This document shows positions 37,219 to 37,362 of a DNA stretch of 37,362 bases, in pieces; within the stretch, counting starts at the first letter, position 1, and the number at the start of each line of letters is the position of its first letter. The stretch is from an uncultured bacterium (GTDB taxonomy: Bacteria > SAR324 > NAC60-12). A program made the translations under genes and the position numbers. A model generated the notes under the pieces. The model had not been told where the DNA came from. It worked only from the letters and a program-made list of their open reading frames with translations, and made no database searches. The DNA lies in assembly GCA_964010765.1 (NCBI GenBank), contig CAXGMD010000027.1, forward strand, positions 1 to 37,362, given 5' to 3'.

Positions 37219-37362
37219 TCACCAGGGCTGTAATCCCAGTAGTCGCTTGCCAAGTTCTGTCAGTTCTGCTTTGGGGCCAAAGTCAGACTCCTTTCGGGAT
37301 CCAGCCGTACCACTAATTTTGTTCCCTGATTTTTCAGGTCGGGTTTGGTTGGCAAAGGATTC
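37219..37362 (-). CDS. Probable 3' end of a gene entering from beyond the window
   Basis: 48 open codons ending LTELGKRLLGLQPW*; a second frame is also partly open. Confidence 0.35.
   Translation of the reverse strand, partial: ESFANQTRPEKSGNKISGTAGSRKESDFGPKAELTELGKRLLGLQPW

Noticed and set aside
1..37362. Integrase, transposase, CRISPR array or anti-phage defence genes
   Set aside because: No such motifs or regularly spaced repeats were recognised; the remaining short ORFs overlap well-supported genes.

Overview
Bacterial accessory, heterotrophic-scavenging region. The gene style suggests a marine lineage such as SAR324, but this is inference only. Positions 1-3337 look like the right end of a tRNA-Lys-targeted integrated element. 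They hold a displaced 3' half of tRNA-Lys(UUU) with arm-type and IHF-like motifs, a duplicated 65-bp att-proximal block, a frameshifted Tat-lipoprotein Rieske gene and small hypothetical genes. Next comes a minus-strand operon with a structured leader: PotABCD-type ABC transporter, nucleoside hydrolase, adenosine-deaminase-family enzyme and SDR. A divergent sugar-type catabolic locus follows: Gfo/Idh/MocA plus IolE-like genes on one side, and a family-5 ABC transporter, two tandem PHP/CehA-McbA metallohydrolases and an esterase on the other. Cupin, galM, a second Gfo/Idh/MocA and an IlvD/Edd dehydratase come after that. The right part has a chimeric deletion-scar ORF, three MFS transporters, a pentapeptide-repeat protein, tdk, a MOSC protein, adjacent cytidine-deaminase and APH pseudogenes, and a VOC protein. 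Three short single-TM ORFs (36-44 aa; two absent from the ORF track) share an ungapped LW-x10-L-x2-LE-x4-VP motif and may be an undescribed microprotein family. No integrase, rRNA, intact tRNA or CRISPR array was seen.
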